This document shows, piece after piece, positions 52,464-62,636 of a stretch of 64,000 bases of DNA. How positions within the stretch are numbered: the stretch's first letter is position 1; each line of letters begins with the position of its first letter. Position numbers and translations under genes: made by a program. Source of the DNA: a virus (lineage: Duplodnaviria > Caudoviricetes); IMG/VR virus record IMGVR_UViG_3300037067_004901, positions 32,001-96,000 of that record; one strand, 5' to 3'. The notes beneath the pieces are model-generated. The model searched no databases. It was not told the DNA's origin and saw nothing but the letters and a program-made list of their open reading frames with translations.

Positions 52464-53464
52464 AAATATTAGTTACTGGCAGTGCGGGTCTTATAGGGAG
52501 TTATATAGCAGATGAACTTACGAAAATTGGGTATGATGTTGTTGGTGTTGATAATTTGTCTGGTGGGTATATACGCAATACTAGAAATCATAAATTCCAT
52601 CTCTGTGATTTACGTGATAAATTCGCTACAGAAGTTATAGTAAAAGCAATACAACCAACACATGTATTTCATTGCGCGGCAAGTGCAAGAGAAATAGGTT
52701 CACTTTTTGAACCTTTAAAAAGTACGGAAGATAATTATTTATCTTATATGAATTTACTCAATGCTTGTATAAAAGTAAAATTTAAAAAAATGATTTTATT
52801 TAGTACGATGGCTACATATGGTGCACAACAACCACCGTTTAATGAAGATATGCAGTGTATGCCTGAAGATGTGTATGCAATAAATAAAACAGCAATGGAA
52901 TTATCTACTAAATGTTTATCAGAGATACATGATTTTAAATATACTATTGTTAAACCACACAATGTATTTGGAATACGTCAAGCATTTGATTTATATCGTA
53001 ATGTTTTTGCCATATGGATGAATCGCATAATGCATAAAGAAAAACAGATATATGTATTTGGAGATGGTGAACAAAAGCGTGCTTTCTCATATATTACATT
53101 TTCATTACCATGTTATATTAAATGTCTAGAAGATTTTACGAATAGCAAGACCTATAATATAGGTGGAATAAAAGCTATTACATTAAATGAAGCGGCAGAA
53201 TTAACATTACAAGCTATGGATGTTTGTGGAAAAGTTTGTATTGAACATTTGCCAAGTAGACCAAGAGAAGTTAAAATGGCGTTTTCTACGTATCAAAAAA
53301 GTATCGATGAACTTGGTTATAAAGAAGATATAGAGTTATTAGATTGTTTGAAAGAAATGGCGTTATGGTGTAAATCATTAGGTCCACAGCAATTTTTAAA
53401 TGAACCATTAGAACTTGAAAATGAAAAAACACCAATTGTATGGAGGAGTAAAAAGAATGAATGA
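52460..53464 (+). CDS. NAD-dependent nucleotide-sugar epimerase/dehydratase
   Basis: TGSAGLIG, DNLSGG, YAINK, GDGEQKR. Confidence 0.92.
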   Translation: MKILVTGSAGLIGSYIADELTKIGYDVVGVDNLSGGYIRNTRNHKFHLCDLRDKFATEVIVKAIQPTHVFHCAASAREIGSLFEPLKSTEDNYLSYMNLLNACIKVKFKKMILFSTMATYGAQQPPFNEDMQCMPEDVYAINKTAMELSTKCLSEIHDFKYTIVKPHNVFGIRQAFDLYRNVFAIWMNRIMHKEKQIYVFGDGEQKRAFSYITFSLPCYIKCLEDFTNSKTYNIGGIKAITLNEAAELTLQAMDVCGKVCIEHLPSRPREVKMAFSTYQKSIDELGYKEDIELLDCLKEMALWCKSLGPQQFLNEPLELENEKTPIVWRSKKNE

Positions 53465-54326
53465 AGATAAAGTTAATATTGGAATATGGGGAAAAGGTAT
53501 AGTTGGAAGTGCAACTGGTATGCTATTTGAAGAATCAGATAAAACAAAAGTTTACTATTATGATAAATATAAAAATATAGGTTCTAAAATAGATGTTGTA
53601 GATAGTTGTGATTTCATCTTTCTATGTTTACCGACACCAATGAAAGTAAATGGAGAAATTTGTCTTGATTATTTAGAAACAACAATTGCTGAAATAGATA
53701 AACTTACAGAAAAGAAAAAAATTATTATTATACGCAGTACAGCCGTATCTGGTAGTACAGATAAATTCGCAGATAAATATACAAAGTTCGATTTTGTATT
53801 CTGTCCAGAGTTTTTGACAGAAAAGAATGCAGAAGAAGATATGAAACTTGCTGGACGTATTGTTATTGGGGCTAATTCAGACACTACTTTTGAAGCGGTA
53901 AAATCTATATTTAAATATGCTTATAATGATAAAGTAACATATATAAGATTAACTAGAAAAGAAGCTGAAACATTAAAATATATCAGTAATATATTTTTAG
54001 CAGGTCAAGTAATGCTTGCTAATGAATTATATTTTATATGTGATAAGCTTAATGTGAATTATAATAAATTACGCGAACAATTAAAATATGATGGTAGAAT
54101 TGGTTCACATACACAAGTTCCTGGTCCAGATGGAGATTATGGTATTGGTGGAAAGTGTTTCCCAAAAGATGTTTCGGCTTTTATTTATTTATCGAAACAA
54201 AATGGGATAGAACCACGAATACTAGAAGAAATGATGAGATTAAACGAGAAAGTTCGTATTAATAAAGATTGGTTAGACATAGCGGGTGCATGCGAATCTA
54301 ACAAAAAATTTAAAACAGGAGATTAA
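53457..54326 (+). CDS. UDP-glucose/GDP-mannose dehydrogenase family (short, lacks C-terminal domain)
   Basis: GKGIVG, CLPTP, RST, PEFL, GIGGKCFPKD; ATG 53457 preferred (GGAGG SD). Confidence 0.85.
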   Translation: MNEDKVNIGIWGKGIVGSATGMLFEESDKTKVYYYDKYKNIGSKIDVVDSCDFIFLCLPTPMKVNGEICLDYLETTIAEIDKLTEKKKIIIIRSTAVSGSTDKFADKYTKFDFVFCPEFLTEKNAEEDMKLAGRIVIGANSDTTFEAVKSIFKYAYNDKVTYIRLTRKEAETLKYISNIFLAGQVMLANELYFICDKLNVNYNKLREQLKYDGRIGSHTQVPGPDGDYGIGGKCFPKDVSAFIYLSKQNGIEPRILEEMMRLNEKVRINKDWLDIAGACESNKKFKTGD

Positions 54327-54330
54327 AAGA

Positions 54331-55341
54331 ATGAAAGCATTAATAACTGGAATTAATGGTCAAGATGGAAGTTATCTTGCAGAATTATTATTAAGTAAAG
54401 GTTATGAAGTTCATGGCATTGTTCGTCGTGTTGCTATAGAAGACATGGAGCATCGTCTTTCTAGAATTATGCATATACTTGATAAAATTACTTTACATTC
54501 TGCAAGTTTAGAATCTTATCCTAGTTTATGTAAAGTAGTTGAAAAAGTTAAGCCTGACGAATGCTATCATTTAGCCGCACAAAGTTTTGTTAGTTATTCA
54601 TTTGAAGATGAGTTTTCTACAATGAATACAAATATAAATGGAACGCATTATATGCTTTCTGCTATAAAACAATATGCTCCAAAATGCAAGTTTTATTTTG
54701 CCGCTTCAAGTGAAATGTTTGGGAAAGTACATGAAGTTCCACAAAATGAGAACACTATATTTCACCCACGTTCTACATATGGAATATCTAAGGTTGCAGG
54801 GTATGATTTAACGCGTAATTATAGAGAAGCTTATAATCTTTTTGCATGTAGTGGAATTTTATCTAATCATGAATCACCTCGTAGAGGTTTTGAATTTGTT
54901 ACTAGAAAAATAACAAACGCTGTAGCAAAAATAAAATATGGTAAATTAGATAAACTATATTTAGGTGACTTAACAGCGAAACGTGATTGGGGTTTTTCTG
55001 GAGATTATGTTAACGCAATGTGGTTAATGTTGCAACAAAACATACCCGATGATTATGTAATTGCTACAAACGAAACACACACAGTGCAAGAGTTTGTAAC
55101 TTTAGCTTTCGCTCGTGCTGGGTTAGATTATCATGACTATATTGCTATTGATGCAAGATATATGAGACCATCAGATGTGAATCTTTTAATTGGAGATTAT
55201 TCTAAAGCGAAAGCAATATTAAAATGGGAACCAAAAATAAAATTTAATGATTTAGTAAATATGATGGTAGACTATGATTTAACATTAGAGGGTGTAGGTA
55301 ATGTCAATAAGCAATTCACTTTATCCAAGTTATCCGGGTAA
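54331..55341 (+). CDS. gmd: GDP-mannose 4,6-dehydratase
   Basis: ALITGINGQDGSYLAE, LAAQSFV, NHESPRRG..FVTRKI, RDWG. Confidence 0.95.
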   Translation: MKALITGINGQDGSYLAELLLSKGYEVHGIVRRVAIEDMEHRLSRIMHILDKITLHSASLESYPSLCKVVEKVKPDECYHLAAQSFVSYSFEDEFSTMNTNINGTHYMLSAIKQYAPKCKFYFAASSEMFGKVHEVPQNENTIFHPRSTYGISKVAGYDLTRNYREAYNLFACSGILSNHESPRRGFEFVTRKITNAVAKIKYGKLDKLYLGDLTAKRDWGFSGDYVNAMWLMLQQNIPDDYVIATNETHTVQEFVTLAFARAGLDYHDYIAIDARYMRPSDVNLLIGDYSKAKAILKWEPKIKFNDLVNMMVDYDLTLEGVGNVNKQFTLSKLSG

Positions 55342-57871
55342 CCCACAAAGACTAGACCCAGCTTATACTGAAGGCGATGATACTGTCGCTGGAGCTACTG
55401 ATTATAATAAACATGATGATGAAATATTAAAACATCAAGATTTAATAAAAAATCTTAATACGATATCTGGTGCTGGTGGCGGTACTGGTGTTTCAGACCA
55501 TGCATTGTTATCAAACTTATCATATGCATCCGCAAATCATACTGGGTTTCAAGCTTCTCTAATTACAGGAGCTGGCATAGCTATAGTTGGTACTGTTATA
55601 AATGGTACGCAAGACCAGAATTTGTTTAATGTTATTGATGTAGAAAACATTGACGTAGTGGCTAATAGTTTAACTACTGAATTAAAAATTAGAACTGGTG
55701 CTGGTATTTCAGTTGTCGCAGACAATGACACTAAAACTATAACTTTTTCTGCTGGTGCTGGAACTACAAATCATTCTGAATTATTAGAACTTGATTACGA
55801 TTCATCAGCTCATACTGGTTTTCAAGCATCTCTGACTACTGGTGCTGATGGTATAATTATTTTTAATGACGGTATAAAAACTGGTATTGATGGTTATATA
55901 TATACTAACCGTATTGCTAATATTAATGGAACGTATATTATATCATTAGCCAGTGGTAATGTGGGAATAAAAGGTGACTTTACCCCATTTGTTAATAGTT
56001 CACAAGATATTGGAACATCTATATATTCTCAATGGAAAGATATATATTGTCAAGTTCTTCGACCTAGTAGTAGACGTATTATTACAAGTTCTAATTTGAT
56101 ATCTAATGGAAGTTTTGCATCAGCGGCTGATTGGACTTGGGGGGCGAACGGTGAATGGGTCCCAGCAGGTTCCTATTATACGTGGGCCCAATATACATAT
56201 GATTTGACGAATATAGATTATTTGTCTCAACAAATTGCTACGACTGCGGGTAAAACATATCGTATAGAACTTCAAGTTCCTTTTTATGGAGATTGGGATG
56301 ATACAACTCTATTAAGAATAAAATTGGGTGAAAGTGGAGAAGCTGATGCAGAAGCAACAGTTGTTCCACTTGCGGGAGGTACTCCAAGTTGTACAGTCGA
56401 ATTAGTATCTTATGGTACTAATGAGACACTATATTTTATACCAGTTCACGATGAAGACAGCGAAGTTCATACAATTAATTTTTCATCGGTATTTGTATAT
56501 GAAACAGAAATGATGTCAATATATGATAATTCAGGTGGTTTTTGGTATGCGGGAACTTCTAGAATTGCGACTAATGGAAATATTACAGCTGATACATTAA
56601 CAGTAAGTGGTGCTTCTTCAATAGGTGGCAATCTAAATTTATTTTTAGATTATCTAAAAGGAGTTGGAGAAGATGGCAATGCAATTTATATAAATAGAAG
56701 ATGGGGTCCTGGACAGTGGACAACAATGCAAATATATATTGACCACGATAATAATTATTGTTGGGTTGGTACTGACCCCGGAACTTTTATTATAAATGCG
56801 GCAACTTCTCTTGGTAGTTCTGTTATTATAGGTGGTTCAAAAGGTGGTCAATCATGGGTTGGTCCTGGTGGTGATGTTACCATATATGGTGGTGATGGTG
56901 GCGGTGGATTTCCTTTAGGACAAGCGGCAGATGGTGGCGATGTTACTATATATGGTGGTGCGCAACAGGGTGCAGGTACAGCTGGGTCAGTTCTTATTAC
57001 AGGTAAATTTAATCCTTCTGGTATTACAGGAAACATAGATTGGGGTATGAATAATCATACTACTAGTGGTTCAGGTACTTTTAGTTCACTTCGCATACCT
57101 CAAATTGGTGGTACAGCAGGGAAATACTCTATCTTTCAGGGGGGAGCGAATACCGTAGATTTGAACTATACTTTACCATCGGCATACCCAGTAACTTTAT
57201 CAGGTAATCTTCGTAGCACAACTTCGGGAATATTATCTTTTGACGAGACTGTTTATGCACCGATTGATGCGCCTACATTTACAGGTGTTCCTAGTGCCCC
57301 AACAGCTATTGCAGGAACAAATACTACACAAATTGCGACTACCGCATTTGTAAATGCTATTGATAACAATGCTCGTTATACAACAGTTCAAATGGCTCAT
57401 AGTTCTCACACAGATGGTAAAGTTGCAGGAAAATATATTTTTGCCGCAGGTCAAGGAGCGGCAGCAGTAAGCGGGACTGGGACATTATATCCTCAAAAGG
57501 TTTTCTATTTAACTGGGGTAGACTTTCCGACTATAAATGGTAAGGCAACAGTATTACGAATTAAGGGTAGTGTCTTTTGCAATGATGTTGCCCCGTTTGT
57601 AGGAACATTTACCTTTGGACTGTATCCAGTTACACGACCTGCAACATCGGGTGGAGCTGGTTTATGTATTTATACAGCAGGAACTGTTGTAAGCGGTTCA
57701 AATGGTGCGGTAGTAACAAATCCGGCTGCGGATTCAAGCAATAACGCTATTGGTTCGGATTTTGCAATACCAGCTGATGGTTGGTATGCTTTAGCTTTTG
57801 TAACAACTGCTACAGTAGCAACAAATGCTCATACCCACGTTAATTGTGAATTACAAATGAGAAATGCTTAA
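55301..57871 (+). CDS. Gly/Thr-rich virion fibre/receptor-binding-type protein
   Basis: Repeated H..L..L.Y..S.HTGFQASL.TGA units, GGDVTIYGG repeats, AP.D.P.FTG.P.APT...TNTTQIATTAFV tail-fibre motif. Confidence 0.75.
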   Translation: MSISNSLYPSYPGNPQRLDPAYTEGDDTVAGATDYNKHDDEILKHQDLIKNLNTISGAGGGTGVSDHALLSNLSYASANHTGFQASLITGAGIAIVGTVINGTQDQNLFNVIDVENIDVVANSLTTELKIRTGAGISVVADNDTKTITFSAGAGTTNHSELLELDYDSSAHTGFQASLTTGADGIIIFNDGIKTGIDGYIYTNRIANINGTYIISLASGNVGIKGDFTPFVNSSQDIGTSIYSQWKDIYCQVLRPSSRRIITSSNLISNGSFASAADWTWGANGEWVPAGSYYTWAQYTYDLTNIDYLSQQIATTAGKTYRIELQVPFYGDWDDTTLLRIKLGESGEADAEATVVPLAGGTPSCTVELVSYGTNETLYFIPVHDEDSEVHTINFSSVFVYETEMMSIYDNSGGFWYAGTSRIATNGNITADTLTVSGASSIGGNLNLFLDYLKGVGEDGNAIYINRRWGPGQWTTMQIYIDHDNNYCWVGTDPGTFIINAATSLGSSVIIGGSKGGQSWVGPGGDVTIYGGDGGGGFPLGQAADGGDVTIYGGAQQGAGTAGSVLITGKFNPSGITGNIDWGMNNHTTSGSGTFSSLRIPQIGGTAGKYSIFQGGANTVDLNYTLPSAYPVTLSGNLRSTTSGILSFDETVYAPIDAPTFTGVPSAPTAIAGTNTTQIATTAFVNAIDNNARYTTVQMAHSSHTDGKVAGKYIFAAGQGAAAVSGTGTLYPQKVFYLTGVDFPTINGKATVLRIKGSVFCNDVAPFVGTFTFGLYPVTRPATSGGAGLCIYTAGTVVSGSNGAVVTNPAADSSNNAIGSDFAIPADGWYALAFVTTATVATNAHTHVNCELQMRNA

Positions 57872-57955
57872 AAAATATAATAATATATGAAATGGGGCAG
57901 TAAGTGGGGATTAAGATGGGGTTTATATACAGATAATAGAATTAAGTCTGTTTCT

Positions 57956-58120
57956 GATTTAAATAGAATAGATGTGGTATCAGATATAAATCGTGTTTTA
58001 ACAGTTTCTGATACCGATAGAATAAGTTCAATTACTTCGGATTTAAATAGAATAGATGTGGTATCAGATATAAATCGTGTTTTAACAGTTTCTGATACCG
58101 ATAGAATAAGTTCAATTACT
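57956..58120 (+). repeat. Exact tandem duplication (84-nt period) within ORF 57887-58177
   Basis: 57956-58036 is identical to 58040-58120; encodes SDLNRIDVVSDINRVLTVSDTDRISSIT twice. Confidence 0.9.
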
Positions 58121-58191
58121 TATTATGAAGATTTGCTAAAAATAGCGTCTGATATGATAAGATTAAAACAAATGTAATAGGTGATAATAAA

Positions 58192-58719
58192 ATGTCAATA
58201 TATGAAAAAGATTTGATTCCAGCATTAGCAAGAGAAATGGGTGATACCGATTCTTCGTCTTATTTTTATACAACAAATCAATTATTTTCTGCAATAAATG
58301 ACGGTTACGCAGAATTAAATAGACGTGGATATAAAACAATATTCTCTGTAACAGGTTCTGGTGATGTAGCATATTTTTCCCCTGAACCATCAAAGGATGA
58401 ACAACGTGCTATTGTATTATGTTCTGCATTAGTTTTAACAGAAGGTGAGATACAGAAATCTGCACGTAATTCTATCATACATCAGAATGTAGCTGGTAGG
58501 ACAGATTTAACGCAAATTGCGAATTTTTTGTTACAGATTAGAGATAGACTTGAAGAACAGATTAATGATTTTATTGATTCTACCGCTCGTACTACTGATT
58601 CTACTACTGAAGATGGTGAAACATTAATAGAAGGACATGAATTAAAATCAACACAAACACCAAAAGCAGATAATTATTCTGAAGGTCTTGTAAGAACAGA
58701 AATTATTACGGGTATATAA
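58192..58719 (+). CDS. Putative head-tail adaptor
   Basis: LAREMGDTD...Y helical pattern; first gene of the neck module. Confidence 0.5.
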   Translation: MSIYEKDLIPALAREMGDTDSSSYFYTTNQLFSAINDGYAELNRRGYKTIFSVTGSGDVAYFSPEPSKDEQRAIVLCSALVLTEGEIQKSARNSIIHQNVAGRTDLTQIANFLLQIRDRLEEQINDFIDSTARTTDSTTEDGETLIEGHELKSTQTPKADNYSEGLVRTEIITGI

Positions 58720-58720
58720 A

Positions 58721-59098
58721 ATGTTAAATCAGTCTCAAAAAAATAAATTAAAAAATGTACGTTCTTTATTTAGAACAATCCCATGTACATTATGGACTAT
58801 AACAAAAAACACAATATCTTCAAATGATTTTTATAGACGTCCAACAACCATTACTAGCGGTTCGCATTTATTTTCTGGTTCTGTTGCATGGTCTAATGTA
58901 ATTTATCGTACAGATTCAGCAGGGGGATTTTATAAAACCAGTGAAGTTGCAATAGTTACTAGTTATGATGAAAAAGATTATTTAGATTCAGAAAATTCTT
59001 ATTTAGTTTGTGAAGGCGTGCCACTTCGTATGAAAAATATGGCACAAGCAACAGATACTAATGAACTCGTTATCTATTGCGAAAGATTAAATGAGTGA
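58721..59098 (+). CDS. Putative head-closure protein
   Basis: 125 aa, beta-rich; neck-module position. Confidence 0.4.
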   Translation: MLNQSQKNKLKNVRSLFRTIPCTLWTITKNTISSNDFYRRPTTITSGSHLFSGSVAWSNVIYRTDSAGGFYKTSEVAIVTSYDEKDYLDSENSYLVCEGVPLRMKNMAQATDTNELVIYCERLNE

Positions 59099-59423
59099 TA
59101 AAAAATAGGAGAATAATATTTATGGAAAATAAAAAAGATATTTGGTCTGAAGGTATTAAAGCTATTTTTGGTTCTTCAAAGCGTTCATTATTGGATTTTA
59201 TTGATATGATACCAACAAGTACAAGTCGCGAAAAAGAAATTATCGGTTCGATTAAAGGTCGTATTCATAATGATTTATCTTCTGCTTGTTTAAGCGTTGG
59301 CGCAATGATGGCTGCATTTAGAGCTGGTGGGGATATAACTCCTTTTGAAGACACTATTATAAAAAAAGAAAATAATGCTAGAACAAGAGCAGATAACATT
59401 TTAGGTGGCGGAAAAAAATAATA

Positions 59424-60143
59424 ATGATAAGTGCTACTTTTAAAATCAATTCTGTGCAACTTACAAATATGCTTCGTAATCATTTTAATAGTCGCGTAGC
59501 ACCAGTAATAGTTAAAGAAGCGAAAGAGGTTATTAAAGATACTATAAGATATAGTGTAAATAAACATATGAAGAATGAGGTTATAAAATATGCGCCATCT
59601 CCTACAATAGAAAAACTTGCTTTAACAAGTGGTATTGATGATAAAAGTCGATTTGTTGGTTATCCATCTACTTCATCTACGTTTATGAAAGAACCAGAAT
59701 TTTTATATTTAGTAGATGCGATAGCGCGAGATGCGAAATTCGCGATACAAGAAATAGATTCAAAAAATATGTATACTTTATTATTTTCACTTTCTGAAGA
59801 AAGTAGAAAAAAAATAAACAATGAAATTGGTTTTGCATGGATGAAGAAAATTGGGAATAATATGTTAGAACGTCGCTCTACATTAGATATGAATGCATAT
59901 CATCCTACATGGGATAAATTACTTGATATGTGGGAATATGGTGCTTCTAATCCAACATTTACTGTAAGAGCAAGAGATATAAATTCAAAATTACATGCAG
60001 GTCCTGATAAACGTATTGCATCTAGCTCTATTATAAAAACAATTACGCCTCATCGCATGTTTTATTTAGGTATGAAAAGTGCGAAAGATAAAATTATAGA
60101 AGATATTCAAATAAAATTAAAAGCGAGATTTTCTAAAAAATGA
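59424..60143 (+). CDS. Putative neck/tail-completion protein
   Basis: WEYG and TPHRMF motifs like HK97 gp10-type proteins; position. Confidence 0.45.
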   Translation: MISATFKINSVQLTNMLRNHFNSRVAPVIVKEAKEVIKDTIRYSVNKHMKNEVIKYAPSPTIEKLALTSGIDDKSRFVGYPSTSSTFMKEPEFLYLVDAIARDAKFAIQEIDSKNMYTLLFSLSEESRKKINNEIGFAWMKKIGNNMLERRSTLDMNAYHPTWDKLLDMWEYGASNPTFTVRARDINSKLHAGPDKRIASSSIIKTITPHRMFYLGMKSAKDKIIEDIQIKLKARFSKK

Positions 60144-60649
60144 TAACAGGCAGTGGATATATACAAAAAACATTACAATCATTATTTTATTATTTGCGTA
60201 CTACACAATATGATAAAAGTGGTACAACAAAAACATTACTAACTGCATTTGATAATTTAGAAATATTACCAAATTATCCTGATTCGTTGGAAAAATTGAA
60301 TTTACCAACAATAGCGATTATGATGAATCCTGTTGGACAACAAGAAGTTACATATCATTCGTCTACAAAATCTGTACCATTATCATTTTCTATTTATGGA
60401 TTTTGTGGTGGTAAACAGACAGATGGAGATAATCAAGCATTACGTGATGAACTATGCAGTGATGTACGCGAAATATTAGAAGATACGGATTATATAAATT
60501 TATATGAATATCCTAATTTTTCTAATCAAATGGGAGACATGAGTGTAGAATCTGTAGTTTCGCGTTTTATAGAACCAATTGGAACATTGAGTGCTGAAAA
60601 ATATAGATTTGTAATTGATATAGAATGTGAATATTTGAAAAGTGTTTGA
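60140..60649 (+). CDS. Putative tail terminator
   Basis: LPTIAI motif; directly before the tail tube gene. Confidence 0.5.
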   Translation: MITGSGYIQKTLQSLFYYLRTTQYDKSGTTKTLLTAFDNLEILPNYPDSLEKLNLPTIAIMMNPVGQQEVTYHSSTKSVPLSFSIYGFCGGKQTDGDNQALRDELCSDVREILEDTDYINLYEYPNFSNQMGDMSVESVVSRFIEPIGTLSAEKYRFVIDIECEYLKSV

Positions 60650-60702
60650 TAGATAGATTTCAAAAATAATATTAAAATAAAAAATAAGTGAGGTGAAACA
60701 AA

Positions 60703-61515
60703 ATGGCAAATATTTTAGCTTCTGATTTAGTAAAACGTAAAAAAGAACATGTGTTTGTAGAAGGTTATAATATAGATTGCGCTACAGAGTTAACAGGTAG
60801 TGTTGACGCAACAGCAGACGTTATGCATGTATATGGTCAAGACGACGCTATTAAAGATATCACTATTAATAGTGGTACATTGTCTTTAACTGTATATGAT
60901 AAGAAAACAAATAACGTTCTATTAGATGCATTGCAAAAAGTTGACCCAGATGATACTGCACTTCGTGCATATAATTGGAACAATATTTATAATTCATCTG
61001 TATGGGCAAATAGATTCAATGCTGATAATAGTCAATATACTCGTAGTGTATTTTATGGTAGATGGCTACCTACGCCTGGCATGACAGCTGGAGATACAAA
61101 CGCAAAAGGTACTCGTACATTTGCTGGTAATTGCGACGTTCCAAAAGAATATACACAACCTATTCTTGGGGAAAAAGTAAAAATCACAACTGGTGCTACT
61201 GGAACTACTGGTTGGACTGCAACATTAACTAATACACCATTACAAGTTAATCCTGGACAAACTCCAGCTTTATATGCAATACGTGTTGTTGCTGTTAATG
61301 AGCAAAGAAGTGGCACTACTATTAAATCGATTGACCAAGAAGATTTGACAATTGATTCTACAATGGTAGTTGCTAATAAAACAGTCACGCTTGATTTAGC
61401 TGATTGTGCTTCAAATAGTTGGATAACACACGTTTATGTAAATTATCTATATGATAAAACATTAGGTGTGTCTCCTACTATCGCGAATATTGGAATGTAT
61501 AAGCTTGTAGCTTAA
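60703..61515 (+). CDS. Major tail (tube) protein
   Basis: Thr/Gly-rich 270 aa, GAGGTG SD, precedes chaperone and tape measure genes. Confidence 0.7.
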   Translation: MANILASDLVKRKKEHVFVEGYNIDCATELTGSVDATADVMHVYGQDDAIKDITINSGTLSLTVYDKKTNNVLLDALQKVDPDDTALRAYNWNNIYNSSVWANRFNADNSQYTRSVFYGRWLPTPGMTAGDTNAKGTRTFAGNCDVPKEYTQPILGEKVKITTGATGTTGWTATLTNTPLQVNPGQTPALYAIRVVAVNEQRSGTTIKSIDQEDLTIDSTMVVANKTVTLDLADCASNSWITHVYVNYLYDKTLGVSPTIANIGMYKLVA

Positions 61516-61582
61516 AGATAGTGATTATATGGGTGCATACAAGTAATTGTATGCATCCATACAATTAAGAGAGGTGAGCAAA

Positions 61583-62278
61583 ATGTCTGAAAAAAAGAAA
61601 GTTGATATATTTTCTTTATATGAAAGAGAGAAAAAATTAACATTAAGTGATAACGAAAATACTGTTGATGTATTATTTGTAAAAATGACGCAAGGTGAAC
61701 TTGATAATGCATTAGAAATATATAATAAAATAGTACGCGAAGAACGAGAAAAAATTAAAAATGATACTACGATTCTTCAGGAAATAAAAGATTTAATAGA
61801 TTCTTTTACAAAAGATGAGATTATAGAAGCATTGACTAGTGCGGCAAAATTTTATAGAGAATCTGAGTTAGATAAATTTCCAATTGACGATGAGAATGTA
61901 AAGACAGAGGAAGATAAGAAATTATATAGAGAAAAACTTTTAAAAGATTGGGAAATAACTTATCGTGAAGAACTGAAAAAAGAAGAAAAAGAGACATTAT
62001 CAAAACGTTTGGTTAATCTTCGTATTGAAAGTTTAATTATGATGCGCGCTGTTTCTTGTATGAATAATTATTCATTAAGTGTTATGGTACGAGATGTGGA
62101 TACAAAAGAAAGAATCTTTAAAAACGTAGAAGATGTTTTAAAAATAAAAGATAGACGCGTAATGGATAAATTATTAACAACGTTGAATGAATTTACTAGA
62201 AGTGTGAATGAAAAGACTGTTCGAGAGGTCAGTCAATCTACAAATTTTACACCAGCTGGTCAGTCGCTAGAAAAATAA
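61583..62278 (+). CDS. Tail assembly chaperone (gpG-like)
   Basis: GAGGTG SD before ATG 61583; slippery A AAT TTT at 62242-62248. Confidence 0.75.
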   Translation: MSEKKKVDIFSLYEREKKLTLSDNENTVDVLFVKMTQGELDNALEIYNKIVREEREKIKNDTTILQEIKDLIDSFTKDEIIEALTSAAKFYRESELDKFPIDDENVKTEEDKKLYREKLLKDWEITYREELKKEEKETLSKRLVNLRIESLIMMRAVSCMNNYSLSVMVRDVDTKERIFKNVEDVLKIKDRRVMDKLLTTLNEFTRSVNEKTVREVSQSTNFTPAGQSLEK

Positions 62279-62634
62279 ATAAATTACCTTGTTATAATAA
62301 TATAGACATAGTAAGACTACCAGCAGATTTTTTTAAGGTTATTGAATTTAGATTATATCTTGATAATGTTGAAGAAATCATTGTATTACATTCTAGAGTT
62401 ACACGTCCACCACAATATGTTATATTGACACCATATCTTTTTAATATTTGGGAAGAATGGGCGCAAACTTATGAAGATGAGAAAAATTCCACAGATATGA
62501 TATTAGATAAACAAAATAATACGAATATTAGACCAATTGGAGAAACAATTTCTCCTAATTGGATGAAATATGAATTTCAAAACTTTGAAGAATTCTATCA
62601 ATACTATATGCAACTATTAGGAATTGGTGATTAA
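62249..62634 (+). CDS. -1 frameshift extension of the chaperone (gpGT-like)
   Basis: The -1 frame is open from 62212 to 62634 without its own SD/ATG. Confidence 0.7.
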
Positions 62635-62636
62635 TT

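Noticed and set aside
62425-62634. Standalone 69-aa gene
   Set aside because: Better explained as the end of the -1 frameshift product
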